53,287 nucleotides of DNA, taken from positions 1 to 53,287 of the forward strand of contig DATHUD010000712.1 in assembly GCA_035462575.1 (NCBI GenBank). The letters run 5' to 3'. The notes under the pieces were generated by a model, which was not told the DNA's origin, made no database searches, and was given only the letters and a program-made list of their open reading frames with translations. Each line of letters opens with the position of its first letter. Positions within the stretch are counted from its first letter, which is position 1. Positions 1-8,681 of this stretch are shown piece after piece. The translations under genes and the position numbers were made by a program. This DNA comes from Thermoanaerobaculia bacterium. GTDB taxonomy: Bacteria; Acidobacteriota; Thermoanaerobaculia; Multivoradales; UBA5704.

Positions 1-51
1 CAAAGGCGCGCGAACATCACCCGCGCGGTATACGCGGGGTACCTATTTCCT

Positions 52-801
52 TTAAACGACCTCGAAGCCCCTCTGCTCGAGCTCCCGCTTCTCGATCTCG
101 CGCTGGACGCCCGTCTCCTCTTCGACGACGCGGCCGTCGAACAGGTGGATCGAGCGCTGGGCGTAGCGGGCGAAGCGCGGGTCGTGCGTCACCATGCAGA
201 TGGTGGCGCCTTCCTTGTGGAGCTCGTCGAGCAGCTCCATGACCGCCTCGCTGTTGCGCGAATCGAGGTTGCCGGTGGGCTCGTCCGCGAGCAGGATCGA
301 GGGCTTGCCGACCACGGCTCTGGCCACCGCGACTCTCTGCTGCTGACCGCCGGAGAGCTGCGAGGGGTAGTGCTTCATGCGGTGGGACATGCCGACCCGC
401 TCCAGGGCCTCCTGGACGCGCTCCTTGCGCTCCTTGGCGGCCATGCCGCGGTAGGTGAGCGGCAGCTCCACGTTCTCGTAGACGTTCAGGTCGCCGATCA
501 GGTTGAACGCCTGGAAGATGAAGCCGATCTCGCGGTTCCGGATGCGGGCCCGCTCCGAGAACGAGAGGTCGGCCACCTGCTTGCCGTTCAACCGGTACTT
601 GCCGTCGCTCGGCGTGTCGAGCAGGCCGAGAATGGACAGGAGGGTCGTCTTGCCGCAGCCCGAGGGGCCGGCGATCGAGACGTACTCCCCGTTCTTGATC
701 TCCATGTGGATCCCGGACAGGGCGTGGGTTTCGACCTCGTCGGTCAGGAACACCTTGGTCACGCCGTCGAGACTGAGAAGCGCTTCGTTGTTCGTGGTCA
801 T
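52..801 (-). CDS. ABC transporter ATP-binding protein (MacB/LolD-type ATPase)
   Basis: 249-aa ORF with Walker A GPSGCGKTT, ABC signature LSGGQQQRV and Walker B ILLADEPT. GGGAGGA Shine-Dalgarno lies just upstream of the ATG at 799-801. It follows the HlyD-type adaptor gene after a 15-bp gap. Confidence 0.9.
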   Translation of the reverse strand: MTTNNEALLSLDGVTKVFLTDEVETHALSGIHMEIKNGEYVSIAGPSGCGKTTLLSILGLLDTPSDGKYRLNGKQVADLSFSERARIRNREIGFIFQAFNLIGDLNVYENVELPLTYRGMAAKERKERVQEALERVGMSHRMKHYPSQLSGGQQQRVAVARAVVGKPSILLADEPTGNLDSRNSEAVMELLDELHKEGATICMVTHDPRFARYAQRSIHLFDGRVVEEETGVQREIEKRELEQRGFEVV

Positions 802-816
802 CGTTCCTCCCGGTTG

Positions 817-2070
817 CTACTGCAGCCGAATGCGGTCGTATCCGTCCTGGGCCGAGGTGTCCGACAGGATGACCTGGTCGCCTTCCTGGAGCCCGCTCAC
901 GATTTCGATGGTGGTCACCGAGCTGCGTCCGAGCTGGACCGGAACGCGGATGGCTTCCTCGCCGTCCTTGACCAGCTTGAAGAGCTCGACCTTCTGGTTG
1001 GGCTGCCCGACGCTCGGACGGCCGACGAAGAGGACGTTTTCCAGGCGCTCGATCTCGATCGTGCCGTCGACCGAGACGTTGGGCCGCGCGCCCTTGGGCA
1101 GCGGGCCTTCGAGGGCCACGTCCACGATCACGGTGCCTTCCTGCGCCGAGGGGGCCACGCGCATCACCCGGCCGCGGACGATGCCGTTCCGGGTGTCGAT
1201 CGAGGCCGGCAGGCCCACCGAGACGTCCCTGGCGAGCGTCTCCGGGATGCGCAGCTCGGCCTTGAGCTTCTCCGGCCGCGCCACCCGGGCGAGGGTCGTG
1301 CCCGGCGTCACCCGCTGGCCGACCTGGAGCGGAAGCTCCTGGAGCACGCCCGGGATGCCGGCCCGCACCTTGAGCGAGTCGACCTGCCGCCTGCGCAGCT
1401 CGAGGAGGTCCCGCGCCTGGCTCACCCGCGCCTGCTGGGCCGCGAGCTGCGCCTGGTGGGACCGCCGGCTCTGGGTGAGCCGCGCGGCCTCGATCTTGGC
1501 CTGCTTTTCCGCCTGGTCGGACCGCAGGCGCGAGAGCTTGAAGTCGAGCTCGGGGATCAGCCCGTCCTTGGCCAGCGTCTCGTCCGCCTCCACCTGCAGC
1601 TTCGCCTGATCGCTCGTCGAGCGCGCGGCGTTCACCTGGGACTCCTGGGCGAGGAGCTGATTGTCGAGCTGCGCCCGCAGGTCCTCATAATCGGCCTGGG
1701 CCGCCTTGAGCGCCGACTCCGCCTCCAGGGCGGCCTGCATGACCTGGGGATCGGTCATCTCGAGGAGGACGGTGTCCGCCTCCACCTGCGCGCCGGGAAG
1801 AGCGGGAATGCGCTCCACTCTCCCCTCGACAGGCGCTGAAATGACCCGCACTTCCTCCGGCACCAGGTTGCCGGGGCCGCGGACGGCCCGCAGCATGGGG
1901 CCGCGCTGCACCTTGTCGACCCAGACGGTCTCCCTCTCCACGGGAGGGGCTGCCGGCTCGAGCCGGGAAAGACCGACGGTGATCAACAAGACCAGCACGC
2001 CGATCCCGACGACGACGATGGTACGCCGCATGCGGCGCTTTTCTGCTTGTCCAGTTCTCGGAATATCCAT
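817..2070 (-). CDS. HlyD/MacA-family efflux periplasmic adaptor subunit
   Basis: N-terminal TM segment (IVVVGIGVLVLLITVGL), a long coiled-coil region, and C-terminal beta-barrel-like motifs. I start it at ATG 2068-2070 (MDIPRT..., GGGAGAAA SD upstream) rather than at the track start 2145. Confidence 0.85.
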   Translation of the reverse strand: MDIPRTGQAEKRRMRRTIVVVGIGVLVLLITVGLSRLEPAAPPVERETVWVDKVQRGPMLRAVRGPGNLVPEEVRVISAPVEGRVERIPALPGAQVEADTVLLEMTDPQVMQAALEAESALKAAQADYEDLRAQLDNQLLAQESQVNAARSTSDQAKLQVEADETLAKDGLIPELDFKLSRLRSDQAEKQAKIEAARLTQSRRSHQAQLAAQQARVSQARDLLELRRRQVDSLKVRAGIPGVLQELPLQVGQRVTPGTTLARVARPEKLKAELRIPETLARDVSVGLPASIDTRNGIVRGRVMRVAPSAQEGTVIVDVALEGPLPKGARPNVSVDGTIEIERLENVLFVGRPSVGQPNQKVELFKLVKDGEEAIRVPVQLGRSSVTTIEIVSGLQEGDQVILSDTSAQDGYDRIRLQ

Positions 2071-2210
2071 AGTGTTTCTCCCGCGCTGACTACGCAGGGG
2101 GCGTGCCAGAGTTGCAAAGCTCGTAACTTGTTGCAGCACAATCACTTCAGCGTTACCTAACGATCGAGGACTGTTCGGGTCCGGGATTTTTGCGTCCCAG
2201 AACCGGACAC

Positions 2211-2732
2211 ATGCTAGCCTTGACAGCCATGAGCGCCGAGCAACACCGAACCTACGCCCCCGAGACCCTGGGATTCGGGGTGGTCACGGTGAGCGACAGC
2301 CGCAAGGAAGGGGACGACACGAGCGGACGCACCCTCCGCGACCTGGCCACCGCGGCCGGTCACCGGATCGAGGGCTCTGTGATTGTACCGGACGACGTGG
2401 CCGCCATCCGCGGCGCCGTGCGCGGGATGCTGGCTCTCCCCGGGGTGGACGTGGTGGTGCTGACGGGCGGCACCGGCTTCTCCCCGCGGGACGTGACCCT
2501 GGACGCGGTCCTCCCTCTCCTCGAAAAGCCGATTGAAGGGTTCGGCGAGCTGTTCCGGATGCTCTCCTGGCAGCAGGTGGGGGCCGCGGCCATGCTCTCC
2601 CGCGCCGCCGCCGGCCTCGTCGGCCCCCGGGCCGTCTTCCTCCTCCCCGGGTCCCCCAAGGCCGTCACCCTGGCGATGGAAAAGCTGATCCTGCCCGAGG
2701 CGGGCCACCTCCTCGGGCAGGCGCGGCGATGA
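2211..2732 (+). CDS. moaB: MoaB/MogA-type molybdenum cofactor biosynthesis protein B
   Basis: Motifs VVTVSDSR...DDTSG, VVVLTGGTGFSPRDVT and LPGSPKAV are typical of MoaB/MogA. The start is uncertain: TTG 2190, ATG 2211 or ATG 2229. Confidence 0.8.
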   Translation: MLALTAMSAEQHRTYAPETLGFGVVTVSDSRKEGDDTSGRTLRDLATAAGHRIEGSVIVPDDVAAIRGAVRGMLALPGVDVVVLTGGTGFSPRDVTLDAVLPLLEKPIEGFGELFRMLSWQQVGAAAMLSRAAAGLVGPRAVFLLPGSPKAVTLAMEKLILPEAGHLLGQARR

Positions 2733-2738
2733 GAGCCT

Positions 2739-3005
2739 CTACCGCCTCCGGCCGGAGATCATCCGCCAGAGGAACAGCAGCAGGATCGCGCCCAGGACGG
2801 CGATGACGAAGCTTCTGAAGTCGAACCCGGAGATGCCGCCGTAGCCGAGCCAGGTGGCGATCATGCCCCCGAGCACGGACCCCACGATCCCGACGATGAT
2901 GGTGATGATGCAGCCCCCGGGGTCCCGGCCAGGCGTCAGGAACTTGGCGATGGCCCCGGCGATCAGTCCGAACACGATCCACGACAGGAGTCCCATGACT
3001 TCCAT
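2739..3005 (-). CDS. GlsB/YeaQ/YmgE-family small stress-response membrane protein
   Basis: 88 aa, Gly-rich with three hydrophobic helices (GLLSWIVFGLIAGAIAKFL...IVGIVGSVLGGMIATWLG). Only the last 88 codons of the 171-aa track ORF are plausible. The upstream part runs through a repeat element. Confidence 0.85.
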   Translation of the reverse strand: MEVMGLLSWIVFGLIAGAIAKFLTPGRDPGGCIITIIVGIVGSVLGGMIATWLGYGGISGFDFRSFVIAVLGAILLLFLWRMISGRRR

Positions 3006-3093
3006 GTCTCTTTCTCCTTTCCCGCAGCACGAAGCTGCCGTCGGCGGATACAGCCTTCCGAAGATACAGGTTTGCGAGGGGCGTGCCACCGCC

Positions 3094-3229
3094 GGGCCCT
3101 CACCCCAACCCTCTCCCAGCCTTCCACCCCCCAACCGGGAGAGGGAGCCTTTAGAAAGGCAAGAATCCAGCAAGGGCTCCCTCTCCGGGCGGATGGGAGG
3201 GGGCTGGGAGAGGGGTGGGGGGAGGGCCC
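3094..3229. repeat. Nested-palindrome repeat element, copy 1 (subfamily A)
   Basis: Outer arms are GGGCCCTCACCCCAACCCTCTCCCAGCC (3094-3121) and GGCTGGGAGAGGGGTGGGGGGAGGGCCC (3202-3229). Inner arms are CCGGGAGAGGGAGCC and GGCTCCCTCTCCGGG. It is near-identical to copy 5 at 50498-50634 and sits in the divergent gap between the GlsB-like gene and polA. Confidence 0.85.
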
Positions 3230-3268
3230 CGGCGGAGCCGGGGTTTTGCCGCATACAATGTCCCCGCC

Positions 3269-5929
3269 ATGGCCGAACCGAAGACCGACACCGCTCCCGC
3301 CCGCCGCCGCCTGTTCCTGATCGACGGGTACTCGAACATCTTCCGCGCCTTCTACGCCATCCGGAACCTCTCGAACTCCAAGGGCGAGCCCACCAACGCC
3401 GTCTACGGGTTCGTCCAGATGCTCAAGAAGCTCCTCCGCGAGGAGAGCCCCGACCTCGTGGGCGTGGCCCTCGAAGGGGGGAGGACCTTCCGGAGCGACA
3501 AGTTCGAGGAGTACAAGGCGAACCGCGCCCCCATGCCCGACGACCTCCGGAGCCAGCTCCCCTGGATCCGCAAGGTCTTGGAGGCGTACCGCATCCCCAT
3601 CCTCGAATCCGCCGGCTACGAGGCGGACGACGTCCTGGGCTCCCTCTCCTGCCGCGCCGCCGAGGCGGGCTACGACGTGATCCTCATCTCCGCCGACAAG
3701 GACCTGATGCAGCTCGTCGAGCCCCGCGTCTCGCTCTACCACACGGGCCGGAACAAGCTCTACGGACCCGGGGAGGTGACCGAGGACTTCGGCGTCCCCC
3801 CGGAGAAGGTGGCCGACGTCCTCGCCCTCATGGGGGATTCGATCGACAACATCCCCGGCGTACCGGGGATCGGCGAAAAGGGGGCGAAGAGCCTCATCCA
3901 GGAGTACGGCTCGCTCGAAAACCTCCTCGACAACGCGGAGAAGATCTCCCGCAAGGCCTACCGCGAGGGCCTGACCGGGCACCGCGACCAGGCGATCCTC
4001 TCGAAAGAGCTGTCGACCATCCACACCAACCTGGACGTCGCCTTCGACCCCGAAGCCCTCCACCGCGACCCGCCGGACATCGAAGCTCTCCGCCAGGTCT
4101 TCACCGAGCTCGAGTTCTTCTCCCTGGTCGAAGAGCTGGGGCCGGCGGGCGCGCTCGACGGCGGCGGCGAGATCCCCGAAGCCGAGGAGGCGGTCTCCGT
4201 CGAGGTCTGGACCGACCGGGCCGGCCGGCTCGCCGGGGGGGAAGTCTTCGTGGCGGTCCTCGGAGAAGAGCGGCCTTTGGGGATCGCGGCCGCCGCGCCC
4301 GGAGAGGGGCAGATCATCTACGCCGACTTCCGGCGCGAAGGCCTGCGCGACGCCGCCCTGGAAACCCTCCGCGGCTGGATCGCGGACGCCAAGATCCGCG
4401 TGGCCGGCCACAATCTGAAGGAGGTCCTCCGCCTCTGCCCCGGCCCCTCGTGCCAGTCCGCCCTGTTCGACGCCATGCTCGTCTCCTATCTCCTGAAGCC
4501 CTCCGTCCACGGCCACTCGCTGGACGAGCTGTCCCTGGAGCGGATGAGCCGCAAGGCCATCACCGCCAAGGAGGCCGGGTGGGACAAGGGGCAGGAGCCG
4601 CCGGTGGGGGATTCCCGCCTCGCCGCCTACGCGGCCGAGCGGGTGGAGATCGCCCGCCGGATGGCCGAGGCCATGCGCCGCGAGCTGGAAGCCGGCTCGC
4701 TCGCCAAGGTCTACACGGAGATCGAGGCCCCGCTCGTCCCCGTCCTCCTGCGCATGGAGGAGGAGGGCATCCTTCTGGACGTCGACTATTTGAAGGGGAT
4801 GTCCGTCGAGCTGGGCGACGAGATCGTGGACTTGGAAAAGCGGATCTACAAGGAAGCGGGAGAGGAGTTCAACATCGGCTCCCCCCAGCAGCTCGGCTTC
4901 GTGCTCTTCGAGAAGATGCAGCTTCCGGTCCTGAAGCGCACCCAGAAGACCAAGAGCTACTCGACGGGCGCCGAGACCCTGGAGGAGCTCGCGAAGCGGG
5001 GCTATCCCATCGCCCAGCTCCTTTCGCGCTGGCGGGAGCTCACCAAGCTCAAGTCCACCTACGTGGACGCCCTCCCCGCCCTGGTCGGGCCGGACGGCCG
5101 CCTCCATACCCGCTTCAACCAGGCCGTGGCCGCCACCGGGCGCCTGTCGTCCACCAACCCGAACCTGCAGAACATCCCCATCCGCACCGAGCTCGGCCAG
5201 AGCATCCGCCGCGCCTTCATCGCCAGCCCGGGCAACGTCCTCCTGGTGGCGGACTACAGCCAGATCGAGCTGCGCATCCTCGCCCACATCGCGGAGGAAA
5301 AGCGCCTCATCGACGCCTTCGCCGCCGGGGAGGACATCCACCGCGCCACCGCCGCCCTGGTCCTGGGTGCCGCCCCCGAGCTGGTCACCCCCGAGCAGCG
5401 CCGGGCCGCCAAGACGATCAACTTCGGCATCCTCTACGGCATGAGCGCCTTCGGCCTCTCGACCGAGCTGGGGATCTCGACCAAGGAGGCCGACAAGTTC
5501 ATCAACGCCTACATGGGCCAGTACCCCGGCGTGAAGCAGTACATGGAAGAGACCCTGGCGAGCGCCGAGAAGGAAGGCAAGGTCGAGACCCTCTACGGCC
5601 GCGTCCGCTGGCTCCCCGACATCAAGAGCAAGAACTGGAACTTGAGGGAGAACGCCCGCCGGATGGCCATCAACGCCCGCATCCAGGGCACCGCCGCCGA
5701 CATCCTGAAGCTCGCCATGATCGCCCTCGACCGCCGGCTCCGGGACGAGCAGCCCGGGGCACACCTGCTGTTGACGGTGCACGACGAGCTCGTCCTGGAG
5801 GTGCCGGAGGAGCAGGCCGAGGCGGTCGCGGCGATCGTGAAGGCGGAGATGGAGGGGGTGGTGGAGCTCAAGGTGCCGCTGGTGGTGGACGCCGGGTGGG
5901 GGAAGAGCTGGTACGAGGCGAAGGCGTAG
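3269..5929 (+). CDS. polA: DNA polymerase I
   Basis: 5'-nuclease N-terminus (LFLIDGYSNIFRAFYA), pol motif A DYSQIELR, motif B RRAAKTINFGILYG, motif C TVHDELV. Start taken at ATG 3269 (MAEPKTD...). Confidence 0.95.
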   Translation: MAEPKTDTAPARRRLFLIDGYSNIFRAFYAIRNLSNSKGEPTNAVYGFVQMLKKLLREESPDLVGVALEGGRTFRSDKFEEYKANRAPMPDDLRSQLPWIRKVLEAYRIPILESAGYEADDVLGSLSCRAAEAGYDVILISADKDLMQLVEPRVSLYHTGRNKLYGPGEVTEDFGVPPEKVADVLALMGDSIDNIPGVPGIGEKGAKSLIQEYGSLENLLDNAEKISRKAYREGLTGHRDQAILSKELSTIHTNLDVAFDPEALHRDPPDIEALRQVFTELEFFSLVEELGPAGALDGGGEIPEAEEAVSVEVWTDRAGRLAGGEVFVAVLGEERPLGIAAAAPGEGQIIYADFRREGLRDAALETLRGWIADAKIRVAGHNLKEVLRLCPGPSCQSALFDAMLVSYLLKPSVHGHSLDELSLERMSRKAITAKEAGWDKGQEPPVGDSRLAAYAAERVEIARRMAEAMRRELEAGSLAKVYTEIEAPLVPVLLRMEEEGILLDVDYLKGMSVELGDEIVDLEKRIYKEAGEEFNIGSPQQLGFVLFEKMQLPVLKRTQKTKSYSTGAETLEELAKRGYPIAQLLSRWRELTKLKSTYVDALPALVGPDGRLHTRFNQAVAATGRLSSTNPNLQNIPIRTELGQSIRRAFIASPGNVLLVADYSQIELRILAHIAEEKRLIDAFAAGEDIHRATAALVLGAAPELVTPEQRRAAKTINFGILYGMSAFGLSTELGISTKEADKFINAYMGQYPGVKQYMEETLASAEKEGKVETLYGRVRWLPDIKSKNWNLRENARRMAINARIQGTAADILKLAMIALDRRLRDEQPGAHLLLTVHDELVLEVPEEQAEAVAAIVKAEMEGVVELKVPLVVDAGWGKSWYEAKA

Positions 5930-5951
5930 GGACCATGGCGCTCCGTTCCTT

Positions 5952-6016
5952 CCCTCGAAGGGCAGCCGCCGCCCACCGTGGGAGACCCCAGTCCCCTCGA
6001 AGGGCAGCCGCCGCCC
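5952..6016. repeat. 23-bp direct repeat pair (CCCTCGAAGGGCAGCCGCCGCCC) in the polA/hicB convergent gap
   Basis: Identical 23-mers at 5952-5974 and 5994-6016, read directly from the sequence. Confidence 0.6.
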
Positions 6017-6062
6017 GGTGAGGCAGAGGCATTTTCCTCTGTGGGGCGACGATCGCCCTGCT

Positions 6063-6284
6063 TCAGGAAGAGGTCTGATAGATGGCGGGGCGATACCGAG
6101 GCTCGGGAACGGGCCTCCCCTCGGTGCGAGTGGCTTCGAGCCAGGCGGTCTTGGCGGTCTCGACCTCCGCGAGAGCTTCGGCAGGAGTTCGCCCGAACGC
6201 CGAGCAGGACTCCAGATCGGGAACGTCGGCGATATAGCCGCCATCCTCCTCGCTATGGAAGATCGTGACGGCGTAGTCCTTCAT
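6063..6284 (-). CDS. HicB-family antitoxin-like protein (UPF0150)
   Basis: 73 aa. YAVTIFHSEEDGGYIADVPDLESCSAFGRTPAEALAEVETA matches the HicB N-terminal fold signature. No hicA-like ORF is adjacent. It lies 6 bp downstream of osmC. Confidence 0.7.
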   Translation of the reverse strand: MKDYAVTIFHSEEDGGYIADVPDLESCSAFGRTPAEALAEVETAKTAWLEATRTEGRPVPEPRYRPAIYQTSS

Positions 6285-6290
6285 CCTGGC

Positions 6291-6704
6291 CTACTCTCCC
6301 TCGTACACGAACTCGACCGGCTTTTCGAGCCCCTCGGACAAGCTCTTGTGAACCGGGCAGGTGAGCGCCGCGTTTTCGAGCTTCTTCTTCTGGTCGGGGG
6401 TGAGCCCCGGAGGCATGTGGATGGTGACGGGGATGGCGCCGATCCTGCGGGGGTTGGACGCCATGTGCTTCTCCAGGCGGAAGGAGAGGCCGGTCAGGTC
6501 GATCCCGTCGCGCTCGCCCACGATGGCGATCAGGGTCAGCATGCAGGCGCCGAGCGAAGTTGCGGCGAGGTCGGTGGGGGAGAACGAGCTGCCGTCCCCT
6601 TGGTTGTCGACCGGGGCGGCGGTGCGGATCACGGTGCCCGAAGGGCCGTGGGTGAGCTCGGTCTTGAGGTTGCCGATGTACTTGCCGGTGATCTCGACGG
6701 CCAT
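6291..6704 (-). CDS. OsmC-family peroxiredoxin-like protein
   Basis: 137 aa with the two conserved Cys contexts SLGACMLT and LTCPVHKS. GGGAGGA SD lies upstream of the ATG at 6702-6704. Confidence 0.85.
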   Translation of the reverse strand: MAVEITGKYIGNLKTELTHGPSGTVIRTAAPVDNQGDGSSFSPTDLAATSLGACMLTLIAIVGERDGIDLTGLSFRLEKHMASNPRRIGAIPVTIHMPPGLTPDQKKKLENAALTCPVHKSLSEGLEKPVEFVYEGE

Positions 6705-6772
6705 GGAATCCTCCCTCTTCGATGTGCGGATGCGAGTCTATCCGCGAAGGGGGCGGACCGCCACCGGGTCCG

Positions 6773-7597
6773 TCAGCTCGATTCGGGAGAGGTGGTCTCG
6801 GCGAGCAGGGCCCGCAGGCGGGTGAGCTCGGCCTCCGCCTCGTTGGCGCGCTGGCGTTCCGCGTCGGCCTGCTGTTCGGCGGTGTCGGCTCGCTGGCGCT
6901 CCGCCTCGGCCCGCTGGCGCTCTGCATCGGCTCTCTGCCCCTCCGCCTCCGCCTCGGTAGGAACCAGGGTTCCGTCCGGACGGAAGAGCCGGACCCAGGT
7001 GCCCTTCCGTTTCTTCTGCTTGAAGGCTCCTCGCCAGAGGCCGACGAAGACTCCGAGCTGCTCGCTCCACAGCCGGCCCTTCCGGTCGGGGGGGATCGGC
7101 CGGTAGGCCCCGTCCGCGAGACGGAATCCCTGAAGGATCCGGGTGTACGGGTTGAACAGGAAGTACTCCGCCGTGCGGAAGTCCCGTTCGTAGATCTTTT
7201 TCTTTTCGTTGAGATCTTTCTCCGCGGTGGAGTAGGAGAGCATCTCGAAGATGACGTCCGGCAAGCGGCCGTCCTCCTCCCAGGCGATCCAGGCTTCGCG
7301 CTCGCGGTCCGGATCGACGCCGCCCACCCAGAAGACATCCGGACCGCGGAAGGCCCTTGTCTCGATGCCCTGCGTCACTTCTTCCCAGACCTCCCGGGCC
7401 TGCTGGACGGAGTAGTACACGAAGATGTCCGCGCCCGCGAAGACATCATTCCGGCCCTGCTCCGCCATGGCTTGGTAGAGAAGATCCTGCAGGAGCGGAA
7501 GCTGGATGCTGTGCCAGTCTTTTTCCAAGGGCCGTCCGTCGTCCAAGACGAGCTCGAAGGGCAGAGGCGAGAGCGCCGCGACGGCTGGCTGGCTCAT
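6773..7597 (-). CDS. Uma2-family (DUF820) PD-(D/E)xK endonuclease-like protein, paralog A
   Basis: Core PDVIFEMLSYSTAEKDLNEKKKIYERDFRTAEYFLFNP is typical of Uma2. The C-terminus has AERQRA-type coiled-coil repeats. Start at ATG 7595-7597 (MSQPAV...) with AGGGAG 6 nt upstream. An in-frame upstream ATG at 7645 is the alternative. Confidence 0.8.
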   Translation of the reverse strand: MSQPAVAALSPLPFELVLDDGRPLEKDWHSIQLPLLQDLLYQAMAEQGRNDVFAGADIFVYYSVQQAREVWEEVTQGIETRAFRGPDVFWVGGVDPDREREAWIAWEEDGRLPDVIFEMLSYSTAEKDLNEKKKIYERDFRTAEYFLFNPYTRILQGFRLADGAYRPIPPDRKGRLWSEQLGVFVGLWRGAFKQKKRKGTWVRLFRPDGTLVPTEAEAEGQRADAERQRAEAERQRADTAEQQADAERQRANEAEAELTRLRALLAETTSPESS

Positions 7598-7761
7598 GAC
7601 ATGCTCCCTTGCGGAGTCGTGTTTGGCGAGGATCTTATTCCGCATGGCGGGTAAAGGAAAGAGGGATGAGAGCCCCGGGTCCTTCTCCTGGACGACAGGA
7701 TAACACGGCCCCCCGGCCTCAGCCCGGAGCTGCCTAGACGCGCGGACCGCCACCGGGTCCG

Positions 7762-8559
7762 TCAGCTCGATTCGGGAGAGGAGGTCTCGGCGAGCAGGGC
7801 CCGCAGGCGGGTGAGCTCGGCCTCCGCCTCGTTGGCGCGCTGGCGTTCCGCGTCGGCCTGCTGGCGTGCTGCGTCGGCCTGCTGGCGTGCTGCGTCGGCC
7901 CGCTGGCGCTCTGTCTCGGCCTCGGTGAGGACCATGTTTCCGTCGGGACGGAAGAGCCTGAGCCAGAGGTACGTCTTATTGTTGAAGACTCCCTGCCAGA
8001 AACCGAAGGACACTCCGAGCTGCTCGCTCCAAAGCCGTCCCTCCCGATTCGGCGGGATCGGCTGATAGGACGAGCTCATTAAGCGGAACCCCTCCAGCGC
8101 CTCCGCATCCGGGTCGTAGAGGAAGTACTCCGCCGTATGAAACACGTTCTGGTAGAGCTCTTTCTTTTTGGTGCGGTCGTTTTCCGCCGTCTTAGGGGAC
8201 AACAGCTCGACGATGACGTCCGGCAGCCGCCAGTCCTCGTCCCAGGAGACCCACGCCTTGCGCTGATGGGGGGAGACGCCACCTACCCAGAAGACGTCCG
8301 GACCGCGAAAGGCTGGTTCCTTCGAGAGCTGTCCCGTCTCCTCTTCCCAGACTTCCCGCGCCTGCTCCTGGGAGTAGTACACGAACATGTTTCCGCCGAC
8401 GTAGAAGTCGGTCCTCCCCTGCTCCGCCATGGCCTGCTGGAACGACTCCAGGAGGAGGTACAGCTCCCAAACGTGCCACTCTGTCTCCAAAGGCTCGCCA
8501 TCGCTGTAGACGAGCTCGAAGGGCAGAGGCGCGAGCGCCGCGACGGCTGGCTGGCTCAT
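7762..8559 (-). CDS. Uma2-family (DUF820) PD-(D/E)xK endonuclease-like protein, paralog B
   Basis: Same architecture as paralog A (PDVIVELLSPKTAENDRTKKKELYQNVFHTAEYFLYDP, C-terminal A(A/E)RQ(Q/R)AD repeats). Only the last 265 codons of the 651-aa track ORF are credible. Confidence 0.8.
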   Translation of the reverse strand: MSQPAVAALAPLPFELVYSDGEPLETEWHVWELYLLLESFQQAMAEQGRTDFYVGGNMFVYYSQEQAREVWEEETGQLSKEPAFRGPDVFWVGGVSPHQRKAWVSWDEDWRLPDVIVELLSPKTAENDRTKKKELYQNVFHTAEYFLYDPDAEALEGFRLMSSSYQPIPPNREGRLWSEQLGVSFGFWQGVFNNKTYLWLRLFRPDGNMVLTEAETERQRADAARQQADAARQQADAERQRANEAEAELTRLRALLAETSSPESS

Positions 8560-8681
8560 GACGTGGTCCCTTTCGGAGTCGTGTTTGGCGAGGATCTTAT
8601 TCCGCATGGCGGGTAAAGGAAAGAGGGATGAGAGCCCCTGGTCCTCCTCCTGGACGACAGGATAGCACGGCCACCCGGTCC

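Noticed and set aside
1-17. Possible start of a MacB/FtsX permease gene on the minus strand (ATG at 15-17, MFARL...)
   Set aside because: Only five codons are visible and there is no clear SD. The gene order (adaptor, ATPase, permease) makes it plausible, but the window alone cannot support it.
145-1839. 564-aa plus-strand ORF (and 503..1609) overlapping the ABC ATPase and HlyD genes
   Set aside because: It is antisense to two genes with clear motifs. Its composition is Arg/Gly/Ala/Leu/Val-rich and low-complexity, as expected for a GC-rich shadow frame. It has no motifs and no RBS.
3072-3320. Short Pro/Ser/Gly-rich ORFs inside the nested-palindrome elements (also 42483..42857, 43633..43899, 48141..48383, 50433..50666, 50504..50737)
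   Set aside because: They arise on both strands of every copy because the element is palindromic and free of stop codons. They have no RBS, and they overlap each other.
2854-6244. 1055-aa (+) and 1093-aa (-) ORFs spanning the polA region
   Set aside because: These are out-of-frame and antisense shadows of polA. They are Arg/Pro/Gly-rich with no domain signatures, and polA itself is unambiguous.
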